Positions 52,756 to 64,000 of a DNA stretch of 64,000 bases are shown here, in pieces. Each line of letters opens with the position of its first letter. Within the stretch, counting starts at the first letter, position 1. The translations under genes were made by a program, and so were the position numbers. Source of the DNA: Eledone cirrhosa (lineage: Eukaryota); assembly GCA_964016885.1 (NCBI GenBank), contig OZ024740.1, positions 43,772,001 through 43,836,000 on the forward strand. The letters are read 5' to 3'. The notes beneath the pieces were generated by a model. The model made no database searches and was not told the origin of the DNA. It saw only the letters and a program-made list of their open reading frames with translations.

Positions 52756-55478
52756 TGAATTCAAAAATATGTTATCTGTTATATGTCTGGAATCGAATAA
52801 TAAGTAAAATCACTTTAAAAAAAATTAGTATTTATTTTATAATGCCAAAAACTATATAATTGTATTATAGTCTAAGAAATAGAAACAGAAAACTACATTC
52901 TACTTGATTTCACATTGCTTGCTATAAATCAATTCCAATGAATACATTACATTCATCGTTGTCAAATAACGTTTACTACGGCCATCACTTGCAACCAAGT
53001 CTGACTTGGTAGTATGTACCAAGCTTTCAGTAAGGGTTTTGGTGCTTCTGCATTCGTAACCAGACACTGATAAACTCTCAAACCTAATTTTCTTGTTACC
53101 ACAGAGTATCCAGGATGTGACAAATGGAAGCGGAGATGTTGGCTGCTACAGTTTTATCAATCCTGAAAGAATGAAAAAAAGTTGACTTCGGAGGGATTTG
53201 AACATAATGCTTAAAAAGCTATAACAAATATCTAATGCCTTAACTATTCTGACAAATAGAACAGAAATTGTGTTGTCATTATTTACTATGATTATAAATG
53301 CTGTTTGAGGATGAGATTAGAATGGAAAAGTGCTCTATAAACCACCATATACATTTAATTATGCAGCTGTGTCAAAGACCAAGATTCGTCAGACAGCATG
53401 TTAGAAATAGTAGCTAAATATCCATCAACTAACGCCTTACAGCCTGAAAACCTAATGTCATTTTATTGTATGATCATGGTTGGATCACCTTAGGTCGCAT
53501 CTTTGTTCCATTGGAGCTGATCTGAAGCAAAGTAATAACGAAAAAATTGAAGTTTTAAAGTAAAAGAACTGATTTCAAAGAAAAATAAATAGTGTGCGTA
53601 ACCTGACCGGAGGTTAGCCCAGAAAACATTATTAAACGATGTTGATCAATTTGAATAAGTTGTCGTAGCATTGCGAGACCTTATTCACCTTTCATGACTG
53701 GACCCCTTTTTCTGAAATAGGGATTGAAATATTTATTATGACAATCCTAAAGAGAATGATAATACATTTCGACACGTTATTTAGTCGTTGCCTAGATTCA
53801 GCGAAGATGTTTCTCGCTATAAATACAAGGGGTAATATTCTGTCTATAGCCGACATGAATTACATAAACTACAGAATTGGGTAATCTGGTCATAAATGGT
53901 CCGTGGAAAACATTGATATCAAGAAATAAATATATGCAAAGGGTTCTTTTTAAATTCCGTGTAATGTTTTAATGTTTAAAATGGCTTTTCTGCGATCTAA
54001 TTACCTTGGTTTTAATACACTGTCTCAGATCTAGTCACTTGCTACATGATTACAACTTCGAAACAAAAGATTTATATATTCTATATAACTCGGTGTCGAG
54101 TTACACTATGAGGCATAATTTCAGCTCTGGGTAGACTACACACACGCACATACATTTATCCTATTCTATGTATAAGATGAAGGCATTCTATCTAAATATT
54201 TATCAATATCTTTACTCAAATATCTATCTATGTGTATTTTTTACACTCCTGACAATCTTGTATATAATCTTCACCATAACCTTGAACATATCATATTACA
54301 GTATTGCTAAGTTCTCAACATATCAAATAACTAGCGATATTTTTGAAACACTTTCAACAGTGGCTGTTAGCTGAGCTTCGTTGAGTTTCACTGGATAAAA
54401 AAGAAATGTTAATTCACCTTCTTCACTGGGAATAACACACTAGTTCCTAAATATATATAGCATCGTGAAAAAAAAAACCTTAATCCATTCGTTGAAAGCT
54501 ATACTACCTCTCATTTCTGTCTATATGATATTGGAAATGCTAAGAATATAGAACAATTATTTCTGTTGCCATAAAGCAATTCAGAGTGTAAGTATAGTAG
54601 GGCAAGTATTAGATGCCTATTCTTTCATTGAATGTATTCCATTCATTACTCTGTTTAGTTTTTGTTAGTTGTTAGAAAATCGGTCATAAGGGCTCAAAGT
54701 AAGGTGTTCAACCTAGTTGTGTCACTCACACTTTCTTGCACTTAACCAAGTTATTTTTAATTAGTAAGCTTGATCTGAGCAATGAATGGGTTGTAACATT
54801 GGCACAAGGCCAGCTATTTGTGGTCTGGGAACAAACAGACAATTCGATAAATCCCAGTATTTAATTTAAGTTAGAAAACTGACAGAATCGTTAGAATGAT
54901 GGATAGAATGCTGCACGGTATTCGTTCCGGCGCTTTGAGTTCCAAATCCACCAAGGCCATCTTTACCTTCTATATTTTTCTTTACCTTCTATATTTTAAA
55001 GGTCGATAAATAAAGTTCCAGTTCAAAAGTAAGATTGATTCTTTCTCTAGTTCTCATTCTCTCTCCCCTTCTCTCTTTCACTGGAAGAAATCGACTGCTC
55101 TTAGATGCCCTGTATGTTACAATGGTACCCACCCCTAAGACTCCAACAGAAATTCAGGGCTCATGGATGGGTGGAATAGTTCACTTGTAATTATGTTAGC
55201 AGCTTCTAATGCAGAATGGAAGGAGACATAACTAAATATTACAAAGCATTTTGTCCGACGCTCTACTGATTCAGTCAATGCACAGCTCTAGATTTAGGTG
55301 AGTATCAAATGCAAATATGTAGTCAACATCGGACATTTTAGACATTGGAACGAGCATCGTTGAAGAAGACTTAAACGATTATGATTCTGGTTTGAAGGCG
55401 ATTTATTTTTTCTGTGATCAGGATGGAGAAAGAATCCTGCGAATTGAACTGTCTCTTTCAGTCCACCTCACCCTCGAC

Positions 55479-55690
55479 TGGGGTAACATATTTATCATTA
55501 TCTGTGGGGTAACATATGTGCCATTATCATATGGAGTAACATATTCGGTATCCTAGGTATTCTCTATGCCATTCTCTGAGGTAATATATTCACCATTCTG
55601 TGGGGTAACATGTTCTCCATCCTTTGGGCAACACATTGGCCATTCTCAGGGTAATGTAGCTGTCATTATCTGGAGTAACATTGGCATTTC
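55479..55690. repeat. Degenerate ~25-bp minisatellite (TGGGGTAACATAT..CCATT), ~8 copies
   Basis: Direct reading. Confidence 0.7.
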
Positions 55691-55806
55691 TTTCACTGAG
55701 AACATGAAGCAAGAATAATGAAATATTTACTTGATAGATATATAAAACGTGGACTTGGAGGAAATTTGTATAGCCAAAATGTGTACTTTAATCCATCCAT
55801 CCATCT

Positions 55807-56779
55807 ACCGAGTGTGCCCAGATGCTCACGGCTCTCTGGCAGGCGGACCTGGCTGTCAGTGGAGAATCCACTTCGTTATTCTATAGAGGGCTGTGGTTAG
55901 CAGGTGCGACGACGCCCTCGGAGAAGCCCTAGGCATGGAGGAAGACGAACTGGCCAACCTGTTCGGTAGGACATTCAGCCCGGGATCCATGGATAACTTC
56001 CAGAGGTCCCTGGCCTGCAATGCTACAGAAGGGCTCTGCCCGTTCGAGAAAGGCTCTACAGACACGGGCGCTCGGGTAGGGTTCCCTCGAAAAAAATCTG
56101 TCCCAGATGCGTGTGCGACGAGGAAACCGTTGCACACGCATTGGTACACTGCTCGGGCATTGCCGATCTGTGGGGCTATGTCGAACAACTGCTGTCAAGG
56201 ATGGGACCGATCCGGTTGACCACCGAGTCTATTGTAACGATCAAGCCGCCTCCCCTCTTCAAAAACGAAGAAGAGGCGGTGTTTCTGTGCGTAATAGCCA
56301 TGGCGAAAGAGGTTGTATGGTGGACGCGTTTGAAAGGATTGAGGTCAGACACCTTTCTCTCTGGCCAACAACTGGTCCGTTTCTTCCGATATCATTTCGG
56401 AAGAAGGATCAGGATGGAGAGAGAGGTGCTGCACCCCAGCCGTTTTTATGAAAGATGGGTGAAAGTGGCGAGAATGGCCCGTGTGAATGGGCCTTCACTC
56501 TACATCAGACTATAGGTGAGGAAGATGAAAGACCAAGGGGGCACCCCTTCTCTGTGCTCCTGAGGAAAAGGGTTGCACACTTTTTTCGGGGGTGTGTGCG
56601 ACCCCTCAAGGCGCCTCCTCTCTATTGAGGACTTTGTTATACATTTTATTTTTTGTTATATTTTATTTTATTTTTATATATTGTTATTGCCTCCTCCTTA
56701 TTGAGGACGCCTTGTTTTGTAAACTCCCCCCATTGTACTTGTCCCACTTTTGATGCCCTGGTGGCAAATAAAAGAAACA

Positions 56780-56843
<64 letters not shown>
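55807..56843 (+). mobile_element. Tx1/L1-type LINE, 5'-truncated, with (ATCT)n tail
   Basis: CPRCVCDEETVAHALVHC; stop at 56515; AATAAA at 56767; (ATCT)n at 56781-56843. Confidence 0.9.
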
Positions 56844-56844
<1 letters not shown>

Positions 56845-56920
56845 GAGACAGAGAGTGAGTGAGTGTGTGTGTGTGTGTGCGTGAGAGAGAGAGGGAGAGG
56901 GAGAGAGAGAGAGAATGAGT

Positions 56921-56978
<58 letters not shown>

Positions 56979-57071
56979 AGTAGACAGGTGTCACTGTTCA
57001 CGTTTTTCTTTCTCTAGGGGCTTATATGCTCAACGTGTTCTATTATTTTCATAGCTTACTTTAAGCTAAGA

Positions 57072-58880
57072 TACCTTCTGTTTGTCCATCCGACAAGAGT
57101 GCCCTCTCTCCCCCCTTCTGCATGTAATGACTCTAGAGCCACTGCTGAGGAAGTTGGAGTTGTTGCAGGGCATCCCGTTGGAACCGGCATTGCGGAAAGC
57201 GGTGTCGGTCTACGCCGATGACGTAACAGTAATGGTGTCGACGGCCTCGGAAATCGGGGCGATCGGCACCTTACTGGAGGAGTACGAAAGGTTTACAGGG
57301 GCTAAGCTGAACCGGGACAAGTCGATCGGTTTGCAGCTAGGCACGTGGAGAGGTAGATCGATGCCCTCCGATGGCGTCGTCGGGCGCTGGACGGAGGGTC
57401 CGGTGAAGTTGCTCGGGGTCAGGTTCGGCGGACCAGACCTCCAGGAGGAGAAGAACTGGGGTGAGGTAACGAACAGGGTGTTTGCACTGACCCAGAAGTA
57501 GGCCGAGTGTAAACTGTCCCTGAAAGGTCGGGCGGAGGTGGCGAACACTTATATAGCGTCTGTCATTTACTACTGCCTGACCGTCGTGCCTTGCCCAAGA
57601 GAAAAACTCGCCAAAATTGAGCGCTCACTCCTCAAATTCCTTTGGAAGAAGCGGGCTCCTATGGTGAGGAGATCCATCTGCTGTCAACACCCTTCGAAAG
57701 GAGGGCTGGGGATGCCGTGGCTGATGATGCGTAAACACGCATTAAGGCTACGGCACCTCCAGGTATTCCTCACCGGTCAACCGTTGTGGGCCCCGTTTGT
57801 GAGGCGAGCCTTTCCCAGACTCGTCTCGCTCACCGAGCTGTAATCCTGGGTCAAGCAAAGACCGAGAAAACTGGGCGCCTGGCACACCAAGTGTGTCCAG
57901 GCGCTCACGGCTCTCTGGCAGGCAGACCCGGCTGTCAGTGGAGAATCCACCTCGTCATTCTATAGAGGGCTGGTGGTTAGCAGGTGCGACGACGCCCTCG
58001 GAGAAGCCCTAGGCATGGAGGAAAACGAACTGGCCAACCTGTTCGGTAAGACATTCAGCCCGGGACCTATGGATAACTTCCAGAAGTCCCTGGCCTGTCA
58101 GTGCTACCGAGGGGCTCTGCCCGTTCGAGAAAGGCTCTACAGACACGGGCGCCCGGGTAGGGACCCCTCTAAAAAGATCTGTCCCAGATGCGTGTGTGAC
58201 GGGGAAACCGTTGCACACGCATTGGTACACTGCTCGGGCATTGCCAATCTATGGGGCTATGTTGAACGACTGCTGTTACGGGTGGGACCGATCCGGTTGA
58301 CCACCGAGTCTATTGTAACGATCAAGCCGCCTCCCCTCTTCAAAAACGAAGGAGAGGCGGTGTTTCTGTGCGTAATAGCCATGGTGAAAGAGGTTGTATG
58401 GTGGACGCGTCTGAAAGGGCTGATGTCAGACACCTTTCTCTCTGGCCAACAACTGGTCCGTTTCTTCCGATATCATTTCGGAAGAAGGATCAAGATGGAG
58501 AGAGAGGTGTTGCACACCAGCCGTTTTTATGAAAGATGGGTGAAAGTGACGAGAATGGCCCGTGTGAATGGGCCTTCACTCTACATCAGACTGTAGGTGA
58601 GTAAGATGAAAGATCAAGGGAGCACCCTCTCTCTGTGCTCCTGAGGAGAAGGGTTGCACACTTTTTTTTTTGGGGGGGGGGCGACCCCCAAGGCGCCTCC
58701 TCCTATTGAGGATTTTGTTATTCAATTTATTTTTGTTATATTTTATATTTTATATTTTTATATTTTTTTTTATTGCCTCCTCCTTATTGAGGACGCCTTT
58801 TTATGTACCCCCCCCCCCCCCTATTGTACTTGTCCCACTCTTTGACGCACTGGTGGCAAATAAAAAGAAAGTTATCTATT
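57072..58880 (+). mobile_element. Tx1/L1-type LINE ORF2 3' half (RT plus zf-RVT), single frame with two premature stops
   Basis: SIRQECPLSPLL, VYADDVT, GAKLNRDKS, KGGLGMP and CPRC..ETVAHALVHC motifs. ORFs starting at 57082, 57538 and 57973 share one frame (stops at 57499 and 57841). Confidence 0.92.
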
Positions 58881-59619
58881 ATGTTGTATTTTGAGATTCA
58901 AAGATGATTTCCCATTATCTTAAGCTTAGTAGATAACGATTTTATTATAAACTTAATCTTTCCTTGCCTCGATAATTTTGATTATTCGACAATCTTTATG
59001 TCAACTGATATATTTCGATTTATCATATATAATTTACATCATTTACACAGGTATGGTTGTGTGGTTAAAATGTAGACTTCACAAAGAAGGAGTTTCGGCT
59101 TCGATCCCGAGTGTTTTGTACTCTAGTCCTATGTTGAACAATATCTTGTAAATGGGGTTTGGTAGAGAGAAACTATGCTGAAGTCCGTTGTATATATTAC
59201 ATATATATGTATGTTTGGATTTACGTTTACCCCCACTCAGAAACTGGGGCTGTTTGTATTGTGTCCTTTTAAAATTTATGACGTAGTGGGTCAACATTTA
59301 GGGATAAGAAAATAGTGGAGGTGATATGATGAATTAAACCTTTGAAGGTCGTGCCTCAACATAGTGACAGTCTAATAACTGAAATAGGTAAACGAATTCA
59401 ATAATACGATTAATTCTTTAGCTTTACTTATGATTAAGATGAGTTAAAGTTATCGTTTTACGTCAATTTTCTCATATTTGCACAGGCTGGATGAAGACTG
59501 GAGTGTATTCTGGTATTATTAATTTTAAGTGACTGAGAGCATGACAACTGTGAGTTAGTGGTACTCATGTTTAGCGGAGTGAATTGAATCAATGTGAAAT
59601 AATTGTTTCTACTTTTGGC

Positions 59620-59962
59620 ACAAGGCCAGCAATTAACAGTGTATTACTGGTACTTTATTTTATCGATCCCGTAAGGATGGACGGCAAAGTTAACCTCGGC
59701 GAGATTTGAACTCAGACCATAAAGGGCCGTAACTCTTTGTTACAAAGCATGGCGGTCCGACCTTCTATCGATACTGCTAAATAATTGTTTCTACTTTTGG
59801 CACAAGGCCATCAATTATCCCAGTGCATTACTGGTACTTTATTTTATCGACCTCGTAAGGATGAAAGGCAAAGTCAAATTCGGCGGGATTTGAACTCAGA
59901 TCGTAAAGGGACGTAACTATGCTGGAAAGCATGGTGTCTGACCCTCTACCGATACTGCTAAA
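59620..59962 (-). mobile_element. Two tandem family-1 SINEs
   Basis: Copies at 59620-59780 and 59782-59962. Confidence 0.9.
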
Positions 59963-60602
59963 TAATGCGCCTTGCTCAAAGACGCAGTACATCAGCCGAC
60001 CCGGGAATCGAACCTACGGTTTTATATCCCTGAGGCCAACACGCACCTTCCCCATTATGGTTGCATTACTGGGAAAATTTGCCGATATTCTTTCTAAGGA
60101 AACTAAATAACATTTAGTTATTATTTATGACAGTAAACTGATTCCTTACCAAAGTGTCAGAAAAACTGAAACATGTTGCTGCTGTATATAGTTACAAATA
60201 AGGTAATGCGTAAATTAGATAGTAAACCACCTTTTGATCACGTGTTGAAAATTTATTCTAGGGTTAGAATGATAGCTTCTCAAAATAGACATCGCTCCCA
60301 CCCGTTTACCGCTAGCATTCATGCAGCAAGTAAAACGATAAGTTTCTTCTTACTTTTGCTGGTTTGTTTATTAGATTCTTCTTGCGTTATCCGATACTAA
60401 TATTAAAAAGCTAAAGGGATTGTTTCTGCTTACACGAGTTAAGAATTCTGTCATGTAAGCTATATTCTATATTTGATGGATGATACCGCAATGATGTTCT
60501 GTTAAAATGCTTCAAGCCGAACAGACTTAACAATGGTAATTACTTACAGTATGACTCGACAAGTAGTCAGTCAGCTTCTCGCAAAATTGCTTAAATAGTG
60601 GA

Positions 60603-60623
60603 AACAACAACAACAACAACAAC

Positions 60624-60670
<47 letters not shown>
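60603..60670. repeat. (CAA)n(TAA)n microsatellite
   Basis: Direct reading. Confidence 0.95.
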
Positions 60671-61037
60671 GCTGCTGCACTTTATACTGTATACCCCACG
60701 TTAATTAAAAAGGTGTACCTGATACCACCCGTGGTATTTAAGTAGGCCAGCATTAGAGTGAGTGAGAGGGGCAAAAGTGACTCAGATGTTTAAACAAGTC
60801 GTATACATTGGCATCTGGTGGAACTATAATGGGATATAATATGGCATCTTTTAGAAAAAGGAATCCGACACTGGTGTAAATATAATCCCTGTTTATATTG
60901 TAACTTCAATGCTACTTTTATTCAGTTATTATAGCAGGAGAAGGCACCCGGTTTCGTGTTTAGGGTAAAGCTGTGATTTCGATTTCCGGCACCGGCAATG
61001 TGTAGAGTCCTTGAACAAAACACTTTATTTCTCACTG

Positions 61038-61307
61038 TCGTTTTTGTTGTTGTTGTTGTTGTTGTTACAGCTCACACCTATGCAGGTTTAGCTGGCCTCT
61101 CCAAGGTATATCTCATTGGAAGTGTCATGGGGGATTTAATGATAGGAACCCCAGTCTATCATCTCATTTCTACAGCTGAGTAAACTGGAGCAACATGAAA
61201 TAAAGTGTCTTGCTCAAGGAAACAACACATCACCCGGCCGGAGAATTGAACTCACAACCTTTCGATTGCAAGCCCAATGCTCTAACCACTAAGCCATGCG
61301 CCTTCAC
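61038..61307 (-). mobile_element. Full-length SINE family 2 with (AAC)n tail and 11-bp TSD, nested in an older SINE (~60935-61530)
   Basis: TSD ATTTCTCACTG at 61027-61037 and 61308-61318; A box TGGCTTAGTGG, B box GAGTTCAATTCT. Confidence 0.92.
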
Positions 61308-61597
61308 ATTTCTCACTGCCCCATTATACTCAGCTGGAAAAGAAAGAGTTGTCCCTGAGATTTAAATTACCAGCTTTGTAACACCCTGTGTTACTCTGCA
61401 CCTCCATGAACATTGTGTTAACGCTGCACGTGTCTGTATACTGCTCAGCCACTTGCACGTTAGTATTATGTGCAGGTTATTCCATTAAATAAACAACTGG
61501 AATACCGGTCGTCGGAACGGAGGGATGTCCAGCATTATAGAGGAGATCTCATGTGGTATTAGTTATATTCTGTTTTCATATACCTTCAAATTCTAGG

Positions 61598-63192
61598 GCT
61601 TTGTCAGTATCGGTAGAGCATCATACACCCTGCTTCGAGGCATAGAGTTACGGCCCTTTACGTTATGAGTTCAAATCCCACCGTGGTTAAGTTTTACGAT
61701 TCATCCTTATGGGGCTGATGAAATAAAGTATCAGAAACGCGATGGGGTCGATAACATTGACTTACCGCCTTCCCTTCAAAATTCTAGCCTTGTGCCAGAA
61801 GTAGAAGCAATTATTGGACAGGGCGGTGAATGAACAGTATCTGTAGAGCATCGGACAATATGCTTTGCGGCATAGTATTGCGGACCTTTACGTTCTGAGT
61901 ACAAATCCCGCTGAAGTTAGCTTTGCCTTTCACCCTTACAGGGTCGATACAATAACGTACCAGTAACACACTGGGGTTAATTTAATCGACTTTCATCTCC
62001 CCTAAAGTTGTTGGCCTTGTGCCTAAATCAGAAACCATTATGATTTGACATTCTTCCAAACTACAATTAGCTCTTAATCCCTTCGGGATTGATAACGTAT
62101 CAGGTAAGTATTGATGTCGATATGAGGGACTGTTTGTTCCTCAATCTAAAATTTCTGGCTTTGTGCCTGTGTCGGAAGATTGGCAGAATCATTAGAGCTT
62201 CGGACAAAATGTGTTGCGCTAGCTGATTAAGGTTATTTATATTCTGAGTTCAAATCCCATCGATGTCAACTATGCTTTTCAGCCTTCCGGGGTCGATAAA
62301 ATATAGTACTGATCACATATTGGAGACGATGAAATTGACTTTCCCTTACATCAAGAAAAACCATTGCTGGCATTGAACCTAAATTTGAAACTACAGAGCT
62401 GTGGATTGACAGAATCGTTAGAGCGTCAGACAAAATGCTTAGCAGTGATGGTTCTGGGTTCAAATCCCGCCGCGTTTAAGTTTGCATTTCGTCCTTCCAG
62501 AGACGATAAAGTAATGAACCTGACAAAAACTGGGCTTGATTTAAATTGATTTCCCCTTCCCCCAAATTGCTGACCTCGTGCCTAAAGTAAAATCATTATG
62601 TTTATTGGCAGCGGTGGATTGGCAGTATCGGTAGAGGGTCGGACGCCATGCTTTCCAGCATAGTTACGTCCCTTTACGATCTGAGTTCAAATCCCGCCGA
62701 GGTTGACTTTGCCTTTCATCCTTACGGGGTCGATAAAATAAAGTACCAGTAATGCACTGGATAATTGCTGGCCTTGTAGAAACAATTATGTTTATTGGCA
62801 GTCTCGGTAGAGAGTCGGACACCATGCTTTGCAGCATAGAGTTACGGCCCTTTACGGTCTGAGTTCAAATCCTGTTAACTTTGGCTTTCATCCTTACAGG
62901 GTCGATAAAATAAAGTACCAGTCATGCACTGGGGTCGATTTAATCGACTTTCCCCTCCCCCAAAATTGCCTATATAAGAAACCATTATGTTTATTGAAAT
63001 GACGGTGCGTTGACAGAATCAATAAATTGTAAACTCTTTACAGTCAGAATTTATTTCCCGCCAAGTTCAACTTTGCCTCTAATTCTTACGGGATCGATAA
63101 AATAAAATACCAATGAAGTACTGGAGTCGGTATAATCGGCTTTCTCTTTTCTCCAAATTACTAAGCTTGTGCCAATGTTAATAAGGATTATT
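61598..63192 (+). mobile_element. Head-to-tail array of ~8 family-1 SINEs
   Basis: Units start near 61598, 61820, 62045 (partial), 62178, 62400, 62608, 62797 and 63000, with varying divergence. Confidence 0.88.
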
Positions 63193-64000
63193 ATGATCGT
63201 GTCAAGCTACTAACCAAGTAAATGAATGGCTTCGTGTATTCAATCTTTAAGCAATACAAATACATAATTTGGGAATTCTCCAACACGTTTCTGTTGCCAT
63301 CCGAGAGAATAAATGAAAGGAGTAAACCAAATACTTGATATGGTGGAAGATAGGTATATGTGGAAATGAAGGCCGGCGCTTCAATAGTTCAACTTGGAAG
63401 CCCCCCAGGCCACGAACTTACCAGAAGCGCGCATTACTGAACATTAAGGGGTCACATAGTTATACAGATTTATATAATTACCTTAAATATATAAATATTT
63501 CCTTAGATCAATAAATAAATCCATAAACTTATATTTTTGTGTTTAGCAGAGTTGTGGAATGATCTAAAGCAATGAAATGTGTTGTTTGGTGTTATGAACG
63601 CTCACATAATTTACTGTGGAAGGGAATGGGTTGTGTAGTAGAAAACGCAGGCTTTGCAATTTTCCTCGTGTCAAGAAGCATCAAAATATAAGTTGAAATA
63701 CTATATTTGGATGACTGGGGTGCATGTTTTAGGGCTAGCATAGAACGCTAAATGCACAAACACCGGCTCTGGTTCAGATGGTGCATTTGAAACTAAAATT
63801 ACTTAAAGAATGGAAACATTAAAATAGCTGAAAGCCCCACAATACTGCGGGGAACACAGCATGGCCAGAAGTTTGCTTTGTAATCATGAACTCTCTGGTT
63901 ATTTGGAGAATGTCATTTACCACAACTTCAGTTTCACCCAAGCTTTATGAGTGAAATTGTGTAGAGGGAAACTCTTTGGATACCAGTCCATTAGGTTGTA

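Noticed and set aside
54325-54392. Possible minus-strand exon after a polypyrimidine-CAG
   Set aside because: Short, hits a stop quickly, and has no recognisable protein similarity.
61230-61307. tRNA gene
   Set aside because: A and B boxes are present but continue into a SINE body with tail and TSD; no proper cloverleaf.

Overview
AT-rich eukaryotic intergenic or intronic DNA with no recognisable host protein-coding gene. The tRNA-derived SINE repertoire and extreme (TA)n/(CA)n density resemble octopod cephalopod genomes (inference from recall, not a search). The window is a mosaic of transposable elements: four Tx1/L1-type LINE copies, three RTE fragments, a CRE-like restriction-endonuclease fragment, at least five Penelope-like element (PLE) fragments with RT and/or GIY-YIG coding remnants, a Helitron PIF1-helicase 3' fragment plus non-autonomous Helitron ends, a mariner 5' half, and dozens of SINEs from at least three families. 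Nearly all long ORFs in the track are microsatellite artefacts. The main hidden signal is about 14 type-I hammerhead ribozyme (HHR) motifs folded by eye. They include a U3:A8 covariant core and sit in PLE 3' repeats, in short fold-back inserts between (TA)n tracts, and in a terminally redundant ~440-nt non-coding unit that looks like a retrozyme. Also notable: a Tx1 family associated with (ATCT)n, an internally deleted Tx1 with a 10-bp TSD, and a head-to-tail SINE array. Degraded-repeat boundaries are approximate.
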